Shown here one piece after another: positions 1 to 11,777 of a stretch of 64,000 bases of DNA (its first letter is position 1; each line of letters begins with the position of its first letter). Made by a program: the position numbers and the translations under genes. The notes beneath the pieces are model-generated. The model worked only from the letters and a program-made list of their open reading frames with translations, searched no databases and had not been told where the DNA came from. The DNA lies in contig NC_057718.1 in NCBI RefSeq assembly GCF_004010195.1, forward strand, positions 77,078,079 through 77,142,078. The letters run 5' to 3'. This DNA comes from Chiloscyllium plagiosum. Taxonomy: Eukaryota.

Positions 1-298
1 CTTGGTGGTGATCGCGGAGGCAGTTGTCCTGGCAGCTATCACAGAGGCATATTTGGCAGTGGTCTGTGGGGTGGCGGCGGCGGAAGTGATATTATCATTG
101 CTGCAGTGGTGGTAGCTGCAGTGACCATGTGGCTAAAGGTGTCCGAGCGGTTTTGGAGGCCGGGAGAAGGTTCTGGAACAATCGAGGAATTCTGAGTTTG
201 GAGGTAAGTATATGAGAGTTTGGTGTAATTACGTTCCTTGATGTCCGATAAGCTGGAGAAAAAGCGTTTGTTGAGTGTGTGGATTCTTCTCAGGATTA
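1..298 (-). mobile_element. Probable fragment of the N-terminal ORF region of a Penelope-like element (runs off the window start)
   Basis: Minus-strand translation LILRRIHTLNKRFFSSLSDIKERNYTKL followed by low-complexity sequence resembles the region upstream of RT in chondrichthyan PLE ORFs (recalled, not searched). It abuts a different LINE at ~300. Confidence 0.4.
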
Positions 299-299
299 G

Positions 300-965
300 T
301 GCTGACAAATGGCAAGTCTCATTCATGCCATGCCCCCTGACATTCAAATGTGATACCATGACTGAATCCCCCACTATCAATATCCTGAGATTACCACTGG
401 TCAGAAACTGAACTGCGCTAGCCAGGTAAATACAGTGGCTACAAGAGCAGGTCAGAAGCTCAGAAATCTGCAGCAGATCATTCACTTTCTGATTGTCCAA
501 AGTCTGTCCATAAGGCATAAATCAGGAGTGTGATAAAACACAGCTCCAACAATAATCGAAACGCTTTCCATCATCCAAGTCAAAGCAGCCCACTTGATTG
601 GCACTATATCCACAAACATTCACACTCTCAGCACCATTGCTCTGTAGCAGCAGTATGTACCATGTACAAGATGCACCGCATAAATTCACCAAGATTTGTT
701 AGGCTGCACCCTCAAAGCCCATGGCCACTATCATCTGGAAGGACCACAGCAGTAAATATATCAGAACACCCCCACCTGCAGGTTCCCCTCTAAGCCATTC
801 TAACTTTGAAATATGTCAACATTCCTTCACTGTCACTGGGTTAACATCCTGGAACTTTCTACCTAACAGCATTGTGGGTGAAATTACACCAATAGAACTA
901 CAGGAGTTAGAGCATAGCTCACTATAACCTTCTCAAGGCCTATTGGGGCTGGGCAATATAGGCTG
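300..965 (+). mobile_element. Degenerate 3' end of an old CR1-group (L2/Crack/Daphne-like) LINE
   Basis: Recurs in the window: ...ctgaatcccccactatcaatatcctg...cagaaactgaactg...gtggctacaagagcaggtcagaag... is homologous to 29130-29740 and, in reverse, 13180-13460. No intact ORF. Confidence 0.6.
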
Positions 966-1061
966 GCCTATACTGCCATTTACATCTATTTTGCTACTGA
1001 TGAGAACAGTCAGAATCAGATGGTTCTTGTATCTGCTGTATTAGTTGTATTTACAAACATA

Positions 1062-1540
1062 CAGAGAGTCACAGGCTGCACATACGTTTCAATAAAAGTT
1101 TTCTTTGATCAACCAGCAGTGTTTGTCAGTTGGAAGGGCTTCCACTCCATTAATGTTCATTGCAATGTGACCACTAGAAGGTAGTCGTTTATGTCCAAGC
1201 AAGTTATCCTGGAGGCTGTCACAATGCCTCCATTCTATACCAGTCAGCACCATTCTGCACAGCCTTTGCAACTCCAAATAGAGCAAGTGGGTGAGTCCTT
1301 GGAAACAAGGGCTATCCTCAAGTGACATGCCTGATGACATCAAAGGTGGCTCCACCACTGATATCAGGAAAGATGCAACGGGAGCCACACAAACACAAGG
1401 TCACTCATCGAGTAAACTATTTGGTTACCTGCATAGGATATCTGTCCAGGTCTTGGGGTGCCCTTCAGAATATACCAGAAAGAATGTCCAGAGGGGATTG
1501 ACCTGCTTTCCTTTGTACAACATACTGCAGCACAGAAGAC
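1062..1540 (+). mobile_element. PIF/Harbinger (HARBI1-like) DDE transposase relic
   Basis: Ordered degenerate motifs across frameshifts: QRVTGCTYVSIK (IDCTHVAI), FVSWKGFHSINV..CDH, YPGGCHNASILYQS (PGSxHDAxIL), VLGNKGYPQVTCLMT (LGDxGYP..WLMTP), IE*TI, GALQNIPER. Confidence 0.8.
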
Positions 1541-3609
1541 GAGCTGCAGGAGGATGGTTAAGACATTTCAGTGAGGTCTTGCAAGGCTTTCTTCAATTCC
1601 ATTTAACATAGCAGACTGACTGCAAACCATTGGTGAAAGCAGGTGTGCACTCAGTTGTCTGCTGTGGCTGATGTGCTCTATCGGTGATCACTCTTTCAAT
1701 GGAAATACACAGTAGTGCAAAGGCTTGGAAAATCACGTCACTCATGTTTGAAATGATCTCGTCTTTGCAAGGGTATTTTCTCTTCCTTGTTGAACCTCCC
1801 AGTGACCTCTCTCCCTCACAGAGCACCAGTCTTCACCTCTGTTGCTGACTCCACAATCTCTCATTTCTTCACTTATCCTCACAACCGTGCTTTTCTTCAC
1901 AGTCCCTTCCCAAATCCCCAAGACACTTCCATCTCGCTTGGAGTCAGTCACCTGTGGTCTGTCTTACCACTGCCACCCCAGTGGTCAGGCTCCTACTGCT
2001 CTGCTAATCACTCACTTGTCATTCCAGTCATTAATTTTGTGAGGGTATTCAGGAGCAAATTCATCCTTCCTTAAACTCAGATTTGAGATGTGGGAGATGA
2101 GGAATTTATACTTAGATATATAATTTGCCAGATTATGAAGGAAAACGAAAGAGGGGCTAAATTCGGCCGAGACTGAAGTATGTTTAATCCACGCTGGTTG
2201 TTTGCACTGCAGGCAGCATGCTATCTTCCTGCCAACTGTCCCTTTCAATGATTTTAGTGTCTAGCCAATACTAATGATGCTTTGATTGTATCACTGCTGA
2301 TGAGTGGCTAGACTATTTAAAACTAGCCTGCATGACTCAACACTTCACCTTCTTACAGGAATGGTGTGCTGCCTTGCAGTTAGTCGAAGGTGACTGTTCT
2401 GTCGGAAACATTGAAGAATGGAACCAAACAAATCTTGGTGAAGGAGATGAATGAGGCAAGATGTCTTGTATCTCTAGATACATTCAGAAAGCAGTGGTAC
2501 GGGTACTAGTGGAGGTCATTACCAAGTGTCATATGCTGTGGACCGAGATGCAATTAAACATTTTTTAAAAATATTTCTGCTATGTCACTTTGAACAAATA
2601 TTTTAGGGATTTACCTTAGTCATCTTTTTAAATAGATTAGTTTAGATTCCTGCCTGATACCTGAGATAATTAAATAATTAAAAGCAGTTAAAATAACAGG
2701 GAAGCGACTATGTCTATGAGAAATCACTCTTAATAAATCAATGACCATGAAGGTGCAGAAATGTCTACTTAAAACTCCAGTCTTAACTCCACTATGTACA
2801 TTTCAAGGCTTCTGTCAGCCTGAATGAAATGAACATGTTTTTTTGTCAAAGTTTGAACTGAAAATGGCTTCTATATTTTGATATTTATTAAATATAAACC
2901 CTGCATTTGGTTTTGAATTGTCTGCTAATACCTTGATCTTTTAATTGTATGAATACAATTAATCTTATGTTTCATGAAGATGTCATCCACAACAATTTTT
3001 TGATTTTCAATGAAATGTTCTGCTCTGAGATTCATGGCACTAGTCCATAAAGGCTTGGAGTGACTTTTCTCATGCAGTTTTCCATTGTTCATCTCATTAA
3101 TTATGCAGTCAGCCTGGGGAATAGCTGTGTCCTGTGTGAAGTGATGCAGAATGAATATCAATGATTTTTTTTCCCCTCTGCAAGCATAAATACCACCATC
3201 ATTTCTCTGCTCACACTGACAGGACCATCAATGACTCCACTCTGCAACTGCACGTATCTCTTACCATGGTCTATTGTAAGCTTATACTCTACAACTCTCT
3301 TATGATTGCATGCATCATGTCCACTCAATGGATCTCATTCACCTGATCCTCCCAACCCTTCTGGCCCAATCTGTTTTCTACTCACTCACTGCATATATTT
3401 CACAATCTGTCACGTTTATGTATCATTCACTTCCATCAATCCCACCCTTAGTCTCATTGCAGAAAAAAAGGATCATCCCACCCCCAAAATGATCCAAATG
3501 ATGTAGTTGTGTCTCCATAGTACCCTGACTGACCTACCTGTAATCTTTAGACTGGTTGCACTTGACCTGCAGAGCTGATCCCCAGATTGTAAGGATATGG
3601 ATACTGAAA

Positions 3610-3833
3610 GGAGAAAGTGAGGACTGCAGATGCTGGAGATTAGAGCTGAAAATGTGTTGCTGGAAAAGCGCAGCAGGTCAGGCAGCATCCAAGGAGCAGG
3701 AGAATCGACGTTTCGGGCATGAGCCCTTCTTCAGGAAAGTTTCTGAAGAAGGGCTCATGCCCGAAACGTCGATTCTCCTGCTCCTTGGATGCTGCCTGAC
3801 CTGCTGTGCTTTTCCAACCAACATATTTTTAGC
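3610..3833. mobile_element. Short palindromic PLE-derived insertion (family A) with two opposed hammerhead-like motifs
   Basis: Inverted arms ~3643-3738 and ~3740-3833. Motif ctgaaga-a-gggc-tcat-gccc-gaaacgtc at 3743-3770 (+) and 3707-3734 (-). 14-bp TSD tatggatactgaaa at 3596-3609 and 3834-3847. Confidence 0.85.
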
Positions 3834-4255
3834 TATGGATACTGAAACTGTGGTAGCACCAAATATTTGACATGCCGTTGTCAAATTCCAGGACTAGAAT
3901 TGGGTGAATCGCTTCACTGACTGTGGTGGTATCCCCTGACTGACTGCAGTCTCCCTCAGCCCATGCAGGACTATTGCCCTTTGACTGTCACACATTGCTG
4001 TTTGGCTGAAGCACAGGCAGCATGTTTGCTGAATTAAACTGCTGGCAAATGCCCCAGGAATGACATTAACATCATATTGGGCCATAAAGTGTCAGGTCCA
4101 TCCGTTGATTGTTCAAAGCCTGCAAGTCATAGATGTTTCTGAACTCCACAGTAAAGTGGTTGGGGACCTACGTTGTGCATGAGTTAGTCTGATGATATGG
4201 AAAAGCTAAATTTGCAGTGAATTTGGGCATGAAGAAACACTGTTGTGAAGAAGTA

Positions 4256-5591
4256 TGGATGTAGGATTGCTCGCTGAGTTGGAAGGTTCATTTCTGCATG
4301 TTTTGTCACCCTACTAGGTAGTATCTTCATTGGACCTCCAGGCGAAGCACTGTACATGATTCCTGCTTTCTATTTATATGTTTAGGTTTCTTTGGTTGGT
4401 GATGACAAAGGTGTCATCCACGTAGCAGACCCAAAGCTTGGGTTGGATGGTTGGCAGAGCTATTTGTTCAAGTCTCTGCATTACTGCCTCTGCTAATCAA
4501 TAAACTCATCAATAAACAAAACAAATTAAAGGAAATCTTCAACACCATCAATAATACCCTTACTGGCATAAAATTCACTAAAGAGGAGGAAAGCAACAAC
4601 AAACTGCCATTCTTAGATGTCACTGCCACAGCCAATGGGCAACTTCAAACCAGCATCTACACAAAAACAGCACATACGGACTAAATATTGAACTACAGAA
4701 GCAATCATCCCAACATCCACAAACGAAGCTGCATCAGATCATTATTTCAACAGCCAACACACACTGCAGCACAGAGGAACTATGCAGAGTAGAGGAAAAT
4801 TACCCATACCATGTATTCAAAAAGAATGGATACCCAATGAACACAGTCCGCCGATTTCTCAGCAACAAACCCAAACAAGCAGACAATACACGTTCAGAAA
4901 CCCTAGCCACTCTCCCCTACATCAAAGACATCTCGGAAATGACTGCCAGACTACTCAGGCTCCTTGACATCATGGTAGCCCACAAACCCACCAACACACT
5001 AAAACAGCAGTTAATGACTTGAAAGACCCTATACAGACAACAAGCAAAATTAATGACATTTACAAAATACTTTGCAAGAACTGTAACAAATACTACATTG
5101 GACAAACAGGCAGAAAACTAGCCACCAGAATACATGAACACCAACTAGCCACAAAATGACATGATCCTCTCTCACTAGTATTCTTATATACAGATAAGGA
5201 AGGACACCACTTCGGCTGGGATAACACATCCATCTTCAGACAAGCAAAACAGAGACACGTACGAGAATTCCTAGAAGCATGGCATTCCAATCAGAAGTCT
5301 CAACAAACACATCGAGTTAGACCCCATCTACCACCCCTTGAGAAAAAGAACCGGAAACGACATCACCATAAGAAATGACATCACCACAGGAAATGGTATC
5401 ACCACAGGAAATGACATCACCAACCCAAAGAAACCCAAACATACAAATATAAAGCAGGAATCATGCACACCTGGAGGCCCACTGAAGATGTTACCTAGTA
5501 GGGTGATGAAATGTTTGGAAATGAACCTTCCAGCTCTGCGAGCAATCCTACATCCAGAACCTCAACCTGAGCGACAAATCTCAAAACTTGC
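4256..5591 (+). mobile_element. Penelope-like retroelement (family D): 5'-truncated, RT C-terminal part plus GIY-YIG endonuclease, inverted 5' segment
   Basis: Plus strand: INNTLTGIKFTKEEESNNKLPFLDV, TLPYIKDISE, IYKILCKNCNKYYIGQTGRKLATRIHEH (GIY-YIG). The inverted 5' part (4256-4455) carries the terminal repeat and LWVCYVDDTFVI on the minus strand. TSD tgaagaagta at 4246-4255 and 5592-5601. Confidence 0.9.
5353..5424 (+). repeat. 18-bp tandem repeat (~4 copies of ggaaatgacatcaccaca) in the PLE 3' region
   Basis: Directly visible; related units at 39725-39780 (-) and 40195-40227 (+). Confidence 0.8.
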
Positions 5592-6729
5592 TGAAGAAGT
5601 AGTTACATATTGGTTAGGTTTAGTGAACTGCAATTGCCAGAAGTTTTCTGCTCTTATTTACATGAGGGAATTTGAGGCCTTCTGCTTACTTGTGGAAGGA
5701 GACAAGAATTGAAAGTCCATCATAAATAAAGCAGATTGAGGCTTTAATGAAATACAAGGATGTGGAAGTAAGGACGTCACCACACAATGGCACAATTCTG
5801 AAGTCACCATTAAGGCTTGATGCAAAAGCTGGAAGTTTTTGATGTCAGTATCCTGATTTTTTTTCATTCTGTTTGTTACATTTCTTGCTATTATTCATGC
5901 TGCATCCTAGCAGGTCCACCTCCATCTCTTGCTTTGATCTGCATGTCTATTTATGTGAATCTTTGCAATGGTTTGTACTTGGGAGTGTAGCACTATTTGC
6001 ATAACTGGAATATATATTTAAAACCATGTAACCACAGAGTGGTTAGGAATAGGAAATTGACATTTGTCTTATTCTGTATGGCTTAAATGACAGAGGAAAT
6101 GAAGTTGGGATGACGCCAGCTGACTCTTATCCATATGAAGCGTTAATTTGGACTTCTTCTTAAAGGAATCTGAGACTGTTGACAATAGGATAAAAGTTGA
6201 ATTCAGAGCTTTCCTCAGCACAGATGCCCCAATACTTCTGTGGTGCTTCCGAGACATACTTCAAGGTCAATTCAGAGATGCAAGAAGAAGATTTTCTTCC
6301 CTCCAAGTTCCTTTTTTCTCTCTGCTCAGCTACACTCAGTATAGCTGATGGAAAGGGTTGACCTCTTATGAGAGATGATAGTGAAGCATGCAGCAGATTT
6401 TCATAACTCACAACATCAGTTCTACAAGTACTGCAGGGCTCATTGCTGAGCAGTCCAGCTCACTGCAACATTGTTTTAACATGTTGTGCTTATACATTTA
6501 GATTTCACACCTGGAATTATCAGCCACATTGATAGTAGACAGCATTCATGACTCATTAGCTATCTTCCAGTTCATTGCTATGGCTTAAATATTAAATTAT
6601 GGATTACAGAAGAATGAAGGTTACCAGGATATTGAGCACTGAGTTCCATGATTCCATGTCCATGGTAACACTCCAGTTGGATGTTGAGAGGGTGGAATGC
6701 CATTTAGTTCTAATATAAGGTAGGGTTGA

Positions 6730-6963
6730 AACAAACACAGAGAATGCCGGAGAAACTCAGCAGATTTGGCAGCATCTGTGGAGATAAAACCGAATTAACA
6801 TTTCGAGTGTGGTATGACTCTGCTTCTGATCCGAAGAAGAATCTTACTGGACATGAAATGTTAATTCTGTTTCGCTTTGCACAGATGTTATCAAACCTAA
6901 TGAGTTTCTCCAGCATTCTCTGTGTTTCTTTCAGATTTTCAGCATTTGCATTATTTTGCCTTT
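6730..6963. mobile_element. Degenerate palindromic PLE-derived insertion (family C)
   Basis: Inverted arms (ggagaaactcagcagatttggcagcatctgtg ... cacagatgttatcaaacctaatgagtttctcc), decayed motif ccgaagaagaatcttactggacatgaaatgttaa, imperfect TSD tataagg(t)ag.gttga. Confidence 0.65.
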
Positions 6964-7076
6964 TATAAGGAGAGTTGACATGTGGTTACTATAAAGTAAT
7001 GTGTGTGGTCAGTAAAGGTATACATCATTGAAGGTATAATATAGTTCATTGAAGTACCTGATAGACGTTCATACAA

Positions 7077-7146
7077 CCTGATGAAGGAGCAGCGCTCTGA
7101 AAGCTAGTGCTTCCAGATAACCTGGTGTTGTGTAATTTTTAACTTC
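7077..7146 (+). mobile_element. Short PLE-type terminal fragment (family B) with hammerhead-like motif
   Basis: ctgatga-a-ggagc-agc-gctct-gaaagcta-gtg. Same family at 8556-8620, 10082-10205, 19395-19815 and 28180-28694. Confidence 0.7.
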
Positions 7147-7429
7147 AATAAAGTAGGGCTCCTGTAATTCATATCAGATTTCTTGGTAAGATTTTACTTT
7201 ATGATTGATTATTTAATATTACACTTTGAAATTGCAGACTACCAAGTTGGAATAATCACATCTTCCTGATAAGACACAGCATTGCATTGAAGAAAAACAG
7301 GATCATTGTACTCCATATAACAGGTATGAACTGCATTCATGACAGAAATAAATAGCATGCAATTCAATGGTGCTTCAAGTGACTTTTTGACTTTGATGGG
7401 AAATGGTTGGAGAGTAGGACATCAAACAC

Positions 7430-7644
7430 TGGGGCGCTAGAAAAGCACAGCCAGTCAGGCAGGACGGGAGGAGCAGGAGAGTCAACATTTCGAGCATAAG
7501 CTCTTTATCAGGAATGGCCTGATGAAGAGCTTATGCTTGAACTGTCGATTCTCCAGCTCCTGGGGTGCTGCCTGACTAGCTGTGCTTTTCCAGTGCCATA
7601 ATTTTTTATTCTGATCTCGAGCATCTACAGTCTTCACTTTCTCT
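7430..7644. mobile_element. Degenerate palindromic family A insertion
   Basis: Homologous to 3610-3833; inverted arms around tcaggaatggcctgatgaagagcttatgcttga. Confidence 0.75.
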
Positions 7645-8619
7645 TGGAACGTTGGAAGTCATTGGAACAAAAGGTATTTACTTAGATTGGCAATAGGTGA
7701 CAAGTAATGCTCCCAAGGATATGTTCAACGTTTATTAATAATTTGGTTAAAAGAAAATAGAGTTTTCTATCTTAGTCTGATAATGACACTAAATTTGAAG
7801 GGAATGTAAATTGTAGTGACATGGTCAAGAAGTAACTAAATAGCAAAAAACAGATTAATCGAGGAAGCAGAGCTATGGAAAATAAAGCTTAATGTAGGCA
7901 ACGTAAGAGGCAATCTATTTTTGACCAAATAATTGTGAATTAGATTGTTTCCAACCAAAAGAAAATAATGAGCAGGAAGATTTGAGAGTTCAAGTACATT
8001 AACCATTTAAATTTTGTCAACAAGAACAACAAGCAATCAAAAAGGCAAACAGAATTTTTTTTATCTGAAGGCTAGAATATTTCAGGATGGAAGTTGTGCT
8101 GTAGTTATATAGAGCCTTATTTGGATTTTATGTGGAGTACTACTTTCAATTCATGATGCTCGGGAAGGATATATTTTCCTTGAAGGAGGTGAAACAGAGA
8201 ACCATCCCTTCACATAAGGCTATCATAGCTATGTGATAGCTGTGAATTATGATGCAATCTGGAATGTTTGGAATTAGGCACTCAATTGAATTTTAAGAAA
8301 ATAGATTGTGAGGTTTTGCATTTTGCTGTTTATGGTGTCTGGGCAAACAGTTTAGACTTGCACAGAAACAGACCACTTAGCCTCACAGTCCATGGTGGTA
8401 TTTATGCTAAATACAAGCTTCGTCCACAACTGAATTTATTGAATCTTATAAACATATGCTTCTACTCAAACCTCTCATTTGTGTCTATGTATATTTGTGG
8501 ATGTAAATTCTGATCTCACCCCTGTCCTTCTCTGTCTACCTTTTATATCTCCAAGAAGATCACTAGTGCTTCCAAATAAACCTGTTGGACTATAACCTGG
8601 TGTTATGTGACTTTTAATT

Positions 8620-10050
8620 TCATATCCTCGAAGATGTCAATCAGGTTGGCAATCTAAGTGTATTGTTACAACCTTTTTTGAACAAAGGTGTTACATGTGC
8701 TATTCTCCAGTGCTCAGGCACCACCCCAAACCTAGAAAAGATCGAAAGATTATGGCCAGTGTCTCTGCAATTTTCACACTCACTTCCTTCAATATCGTTG
8801 GATGCATCTCATCTGGTTCCAGTGTCATCAACTTTAAGTATCAATAGTCTATCCAGTACATCCACCTTATCTGTTTTAAACCCTTCTAGTGACAGAGTTT
8901 TGGTCACCTTGATCTGGGCAGCACTACTTTCTTAGTAAAGAAAGATACAAGGTATTAATTTAACACCTTAGCCATGCCCATTGCCTCTGTGTGTATATCC
9001 TCTTTGAGGTCCCTAATTAGCCCTACTCTTTATGTCCCTATAGAAAACTTCTCATATTCTTCTTTGTTAGCTTACAGTCTTTTCTCATAGTCTCTCTTTG
9101 CACTCATATTTGCTTTTAAACCTCCCCTCTGAACCTTCTTAATTATATTTTCTATCTGCCACCAGCCATTAACACATTTTATTATCTTAATCCCCTTCTC
9201 CTTTCTCATCCAGGCAGCTCTGGGCTCGTTTGACCTAACTTTCCTTTTTGTGGAAAAATGCCCCAACTTAACTTTTTGGTTGGCATCAACCATTTGAGCT
9301 GAAGGGCCTCTCTCCGTGCTGTAGGACGCTATGTGCAGGGCCAGGTGAATTGGCCATTCTAAATTGCCCGTAGTGTTAGGTAAGGGGTAGGTGTAGGGGT
9401 ATGGGTGGGTTTCGCTTCGGCGGGTCGGTGTGGACTTGTTGGGCCGAAGGGCCTGTTTCCACACTAATTAATCTAATCTAATCTAGACTCTATGTACCTG
9501 TAACACCTCTTCTTTGAGGCTATCATTGTTCAGCAAAGCTTTTCCTGCAAGTCTTTGGTTCCAGTTTATCTAGTCCAGCTCTGTTCTTGCTGTATTGAAT
9601 TCAGCTCTTCATCATTTTATTATTCTTACTCAGGATTGTGCTTTGTCTTTTTCCATTGTCGTCATAAACTTTCTGACACAAGTTTCACTGTTCTCTAGAA
9701 GCCCTCCCATCGATACTTGCTTGAATGGAGCCATTTGGTTTCTAAGATATAGGTCTATCAGTGCCTCCTTTCTGGTTTGACTGAACAAGTACTGCTATAG
9801 AAAACACTTCTGAACACAATCTAGGAGTCTATCAAGGTTGTATCTACTACCAACATCCTAATCAATATTTGGATAATTGAAGTCTCCATTATAACTACTC
9901 TGTGCTGTTTTCACCTCTCTGTAATGTCCTTGGAGATTTAATATTCCACATCCTTCCCATTAGATGGTGATCTGTAAACTATACCAAGCAATGTGATTTT
10001 ACCCTTTTTGTATCTTATTTCAAGCTAAATTGACTGTTTTCTTGAACCCT
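8620..10050 (-). mobile_element. Degenerate CR1 LINE ORF2 fragment, interrupted by a SINE
   Basis: Minus-strand translation AKRDYEKRL and an endonuclease-region relic resemble the CR1 copies at 22869-24140 and 25400-26900. Confidence 0.6.
9336..9486 (+). mobile_element. 5'-truncated HE1/V-SINE-type SINE
   Basis: ggtgaattggccattctaaattgcccgtagtg ... gggcctgtttccacact plus (taatc)n tail; near-identical to the 3' half of the full copies at 23244 and 47555. Confidence 0.85.
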
Positions 10051-10081
10051 CTGAGATATCCTCCATCTGCAGCAAGACGAT

Positions 10082-10205
10082 CACCTGATGAAGGAGCAGC
10101 GCTCCGAAAGCTGGTGCTTCCAATTAAACCTGTTGGTCTATAACCTGGTGTTCTGTGATTTTTTTACTTTGTACACCACAGTCCAACCGGCATCTTCAAA
10201 TCAGC
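10082..10205 (+). mobile_element. Family B PLE terminal fragment with hammerhead-like motif
   Basis: cac-ctgatga-a-ggagc-agc-gctcc-gaaagct-g-gtg followed by aaacctgttgg.ctataacctggtgtt. Confidence 0.75.
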
Positions 10206-10929
10206 ATTACAATGTTGTCCTTAACCAATCAATTTGTACACTGGCTTCTCCAAATCAGCATTACAATGTTCTCCTTAACCAATCAAGTTGGAAAGATAAA
10301 ACACAGATCTGCAGATGCTGGACTCTGAAACAAAAACATAAATTGCTCGAGAAACTCAGGAAGTCTGGTCGTATCTGAGGGGAGAAAGCAGAGTTAACTT
10401 TTCGAGTCCAGTGACTCTTAATCAGAATGGCCAAAAAAATGTGTTACTTGTCACTCAACTCAGTAATGTAGCAGGGGAATTTCAATGCTGGCATGACACG
10501 AGTACGCAGGCTGATGTCAAAAAATTGGCAGATCATAACAAACTGCATATCTTTAGCTATTCACAACTAGCAAGGTACTCACTGTACTCAGCTTGGTAAG
10601 CTTGCAAAACTCATAACAGTATTCACCAATGTAGTTCCACAATTACTGCATAGACTTGGGTGTGCAAGGAATCATGCTGTCAGCCAATTTACGATGGTCA
10701 GTCGGGCTTAATGTACTTGCATGTACTGAAAGCTACATGCGTCAATATACAGAGAATGTTCTTTGCTGGGCCTATCTATTTACTCTTTTGAACAAGGGTG
10801 CTGCATTTTCAGGCACCATTCCTAAGTTTAGAGAAGATGGAAAGACTATTGCTAGCACTTGTGCAATTTCCACTCTCACTTCCTTTAATATCCTTGGACA
10901 GAAAGAATATTGTGATGTTGATTCATAAT

Positions 10930-11140
10930 GGCCCTATGTTTCTTTGAAATAGTGCCCTGGGACCTTTTCCATTCAACTTTTCAAGAGGCTTAGGCCTCTG
11001 TTTAAAGTCTCATCCAAAAGCCAAAAAAGGCTTCCTTATTATTACTTGTACTTTAAGCCGAGATTTTGTGTGGAAATTACTAAAGCCATATTTGAACCCA
11101 GAACTCAGAGAGAATGCTACTAACTGAGCCATAGCTAACA
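10930..11140 (-). mobile_element. Degenerate DeuSINE (SacSINE1/AmnSINE1-like) fragment
   Basis: Reverse complement reads ...ttttggatgagactttaaacagaggcc...ccagggcactatttcaaagaa, matching the recalled Deu-domain core and the copy at 51320-51750. Confidence 0.55.
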
Positions 11141-11729
11141 AGTTGCACCAGGCCAGGACCTGGGCACAAACTTAACAAAAATATAATTTGGACAACTAAG
11201 TTAAGAATAAATAAGTGTTGCTTTAGCTCTTTCCTTCATTTTATGAATGGGGACTTCAATAAGGGTCTTGGCTAGATAACTAACATTTGGTTCAGATAAC
11301 ACCAACAGCTCAGATTTAATTTCTATTCCAGTTGGGGTAGACTAAGATCTGCATCCTCAATCTGTCCCTGAGAGTGGAAGGAAATGGCAAACTACCACTG
11401 ACTTCCTGAAACATTTTCTTGGCAGTGTAAGTCAGGATGAAGCATTAACAGGCAGTGAGCTGAAGACCTGTCTTCTAGTAGAGCAGCCATACGTCCACAA
11501 GCTGTTGGCTTCAAATTATACTGGCCCTTCCTTGCTCCAGATTCTGAAGTTTGCTTCTTCATGGTATATTGAAAATGGATGTTGGGACAGTTATAAATTG
11601 ATTATAGGGGTTGCCTAAAATAATTTGAAAATTGTAAAAAGACTGGAGAGGACCCAACTAAGCAACTGTTGAATTCAATAGTCTTATGGTATCTAAGAGC
11701 ATCATCTGAAGAACCTTATTGTCTTTAAT

Positions 11730-11759
11730 AATGATTTATTGTATTTATTTGTCTTCCAG
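11730..11759 (+). promoter_or_regulatory. Splice acceptor preceding the CCR6 coding exon
   Basis: T-rich tract tttattgtatttatttgtcttccAG ends at 11759, 18 nt before the ATG. An in-frame TGA at 11766-11768 lies between acceptor and ATG. Confidence 0.65.
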
Positions 11760-11777
11760 ACCTACTGACCCAAAACG

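Noticed and set aside
5353..5424. CRISPR-like repeat
   Set aside because: Head-to-tail tandem repeat without spacers, inside a eukaryotic retroelement.
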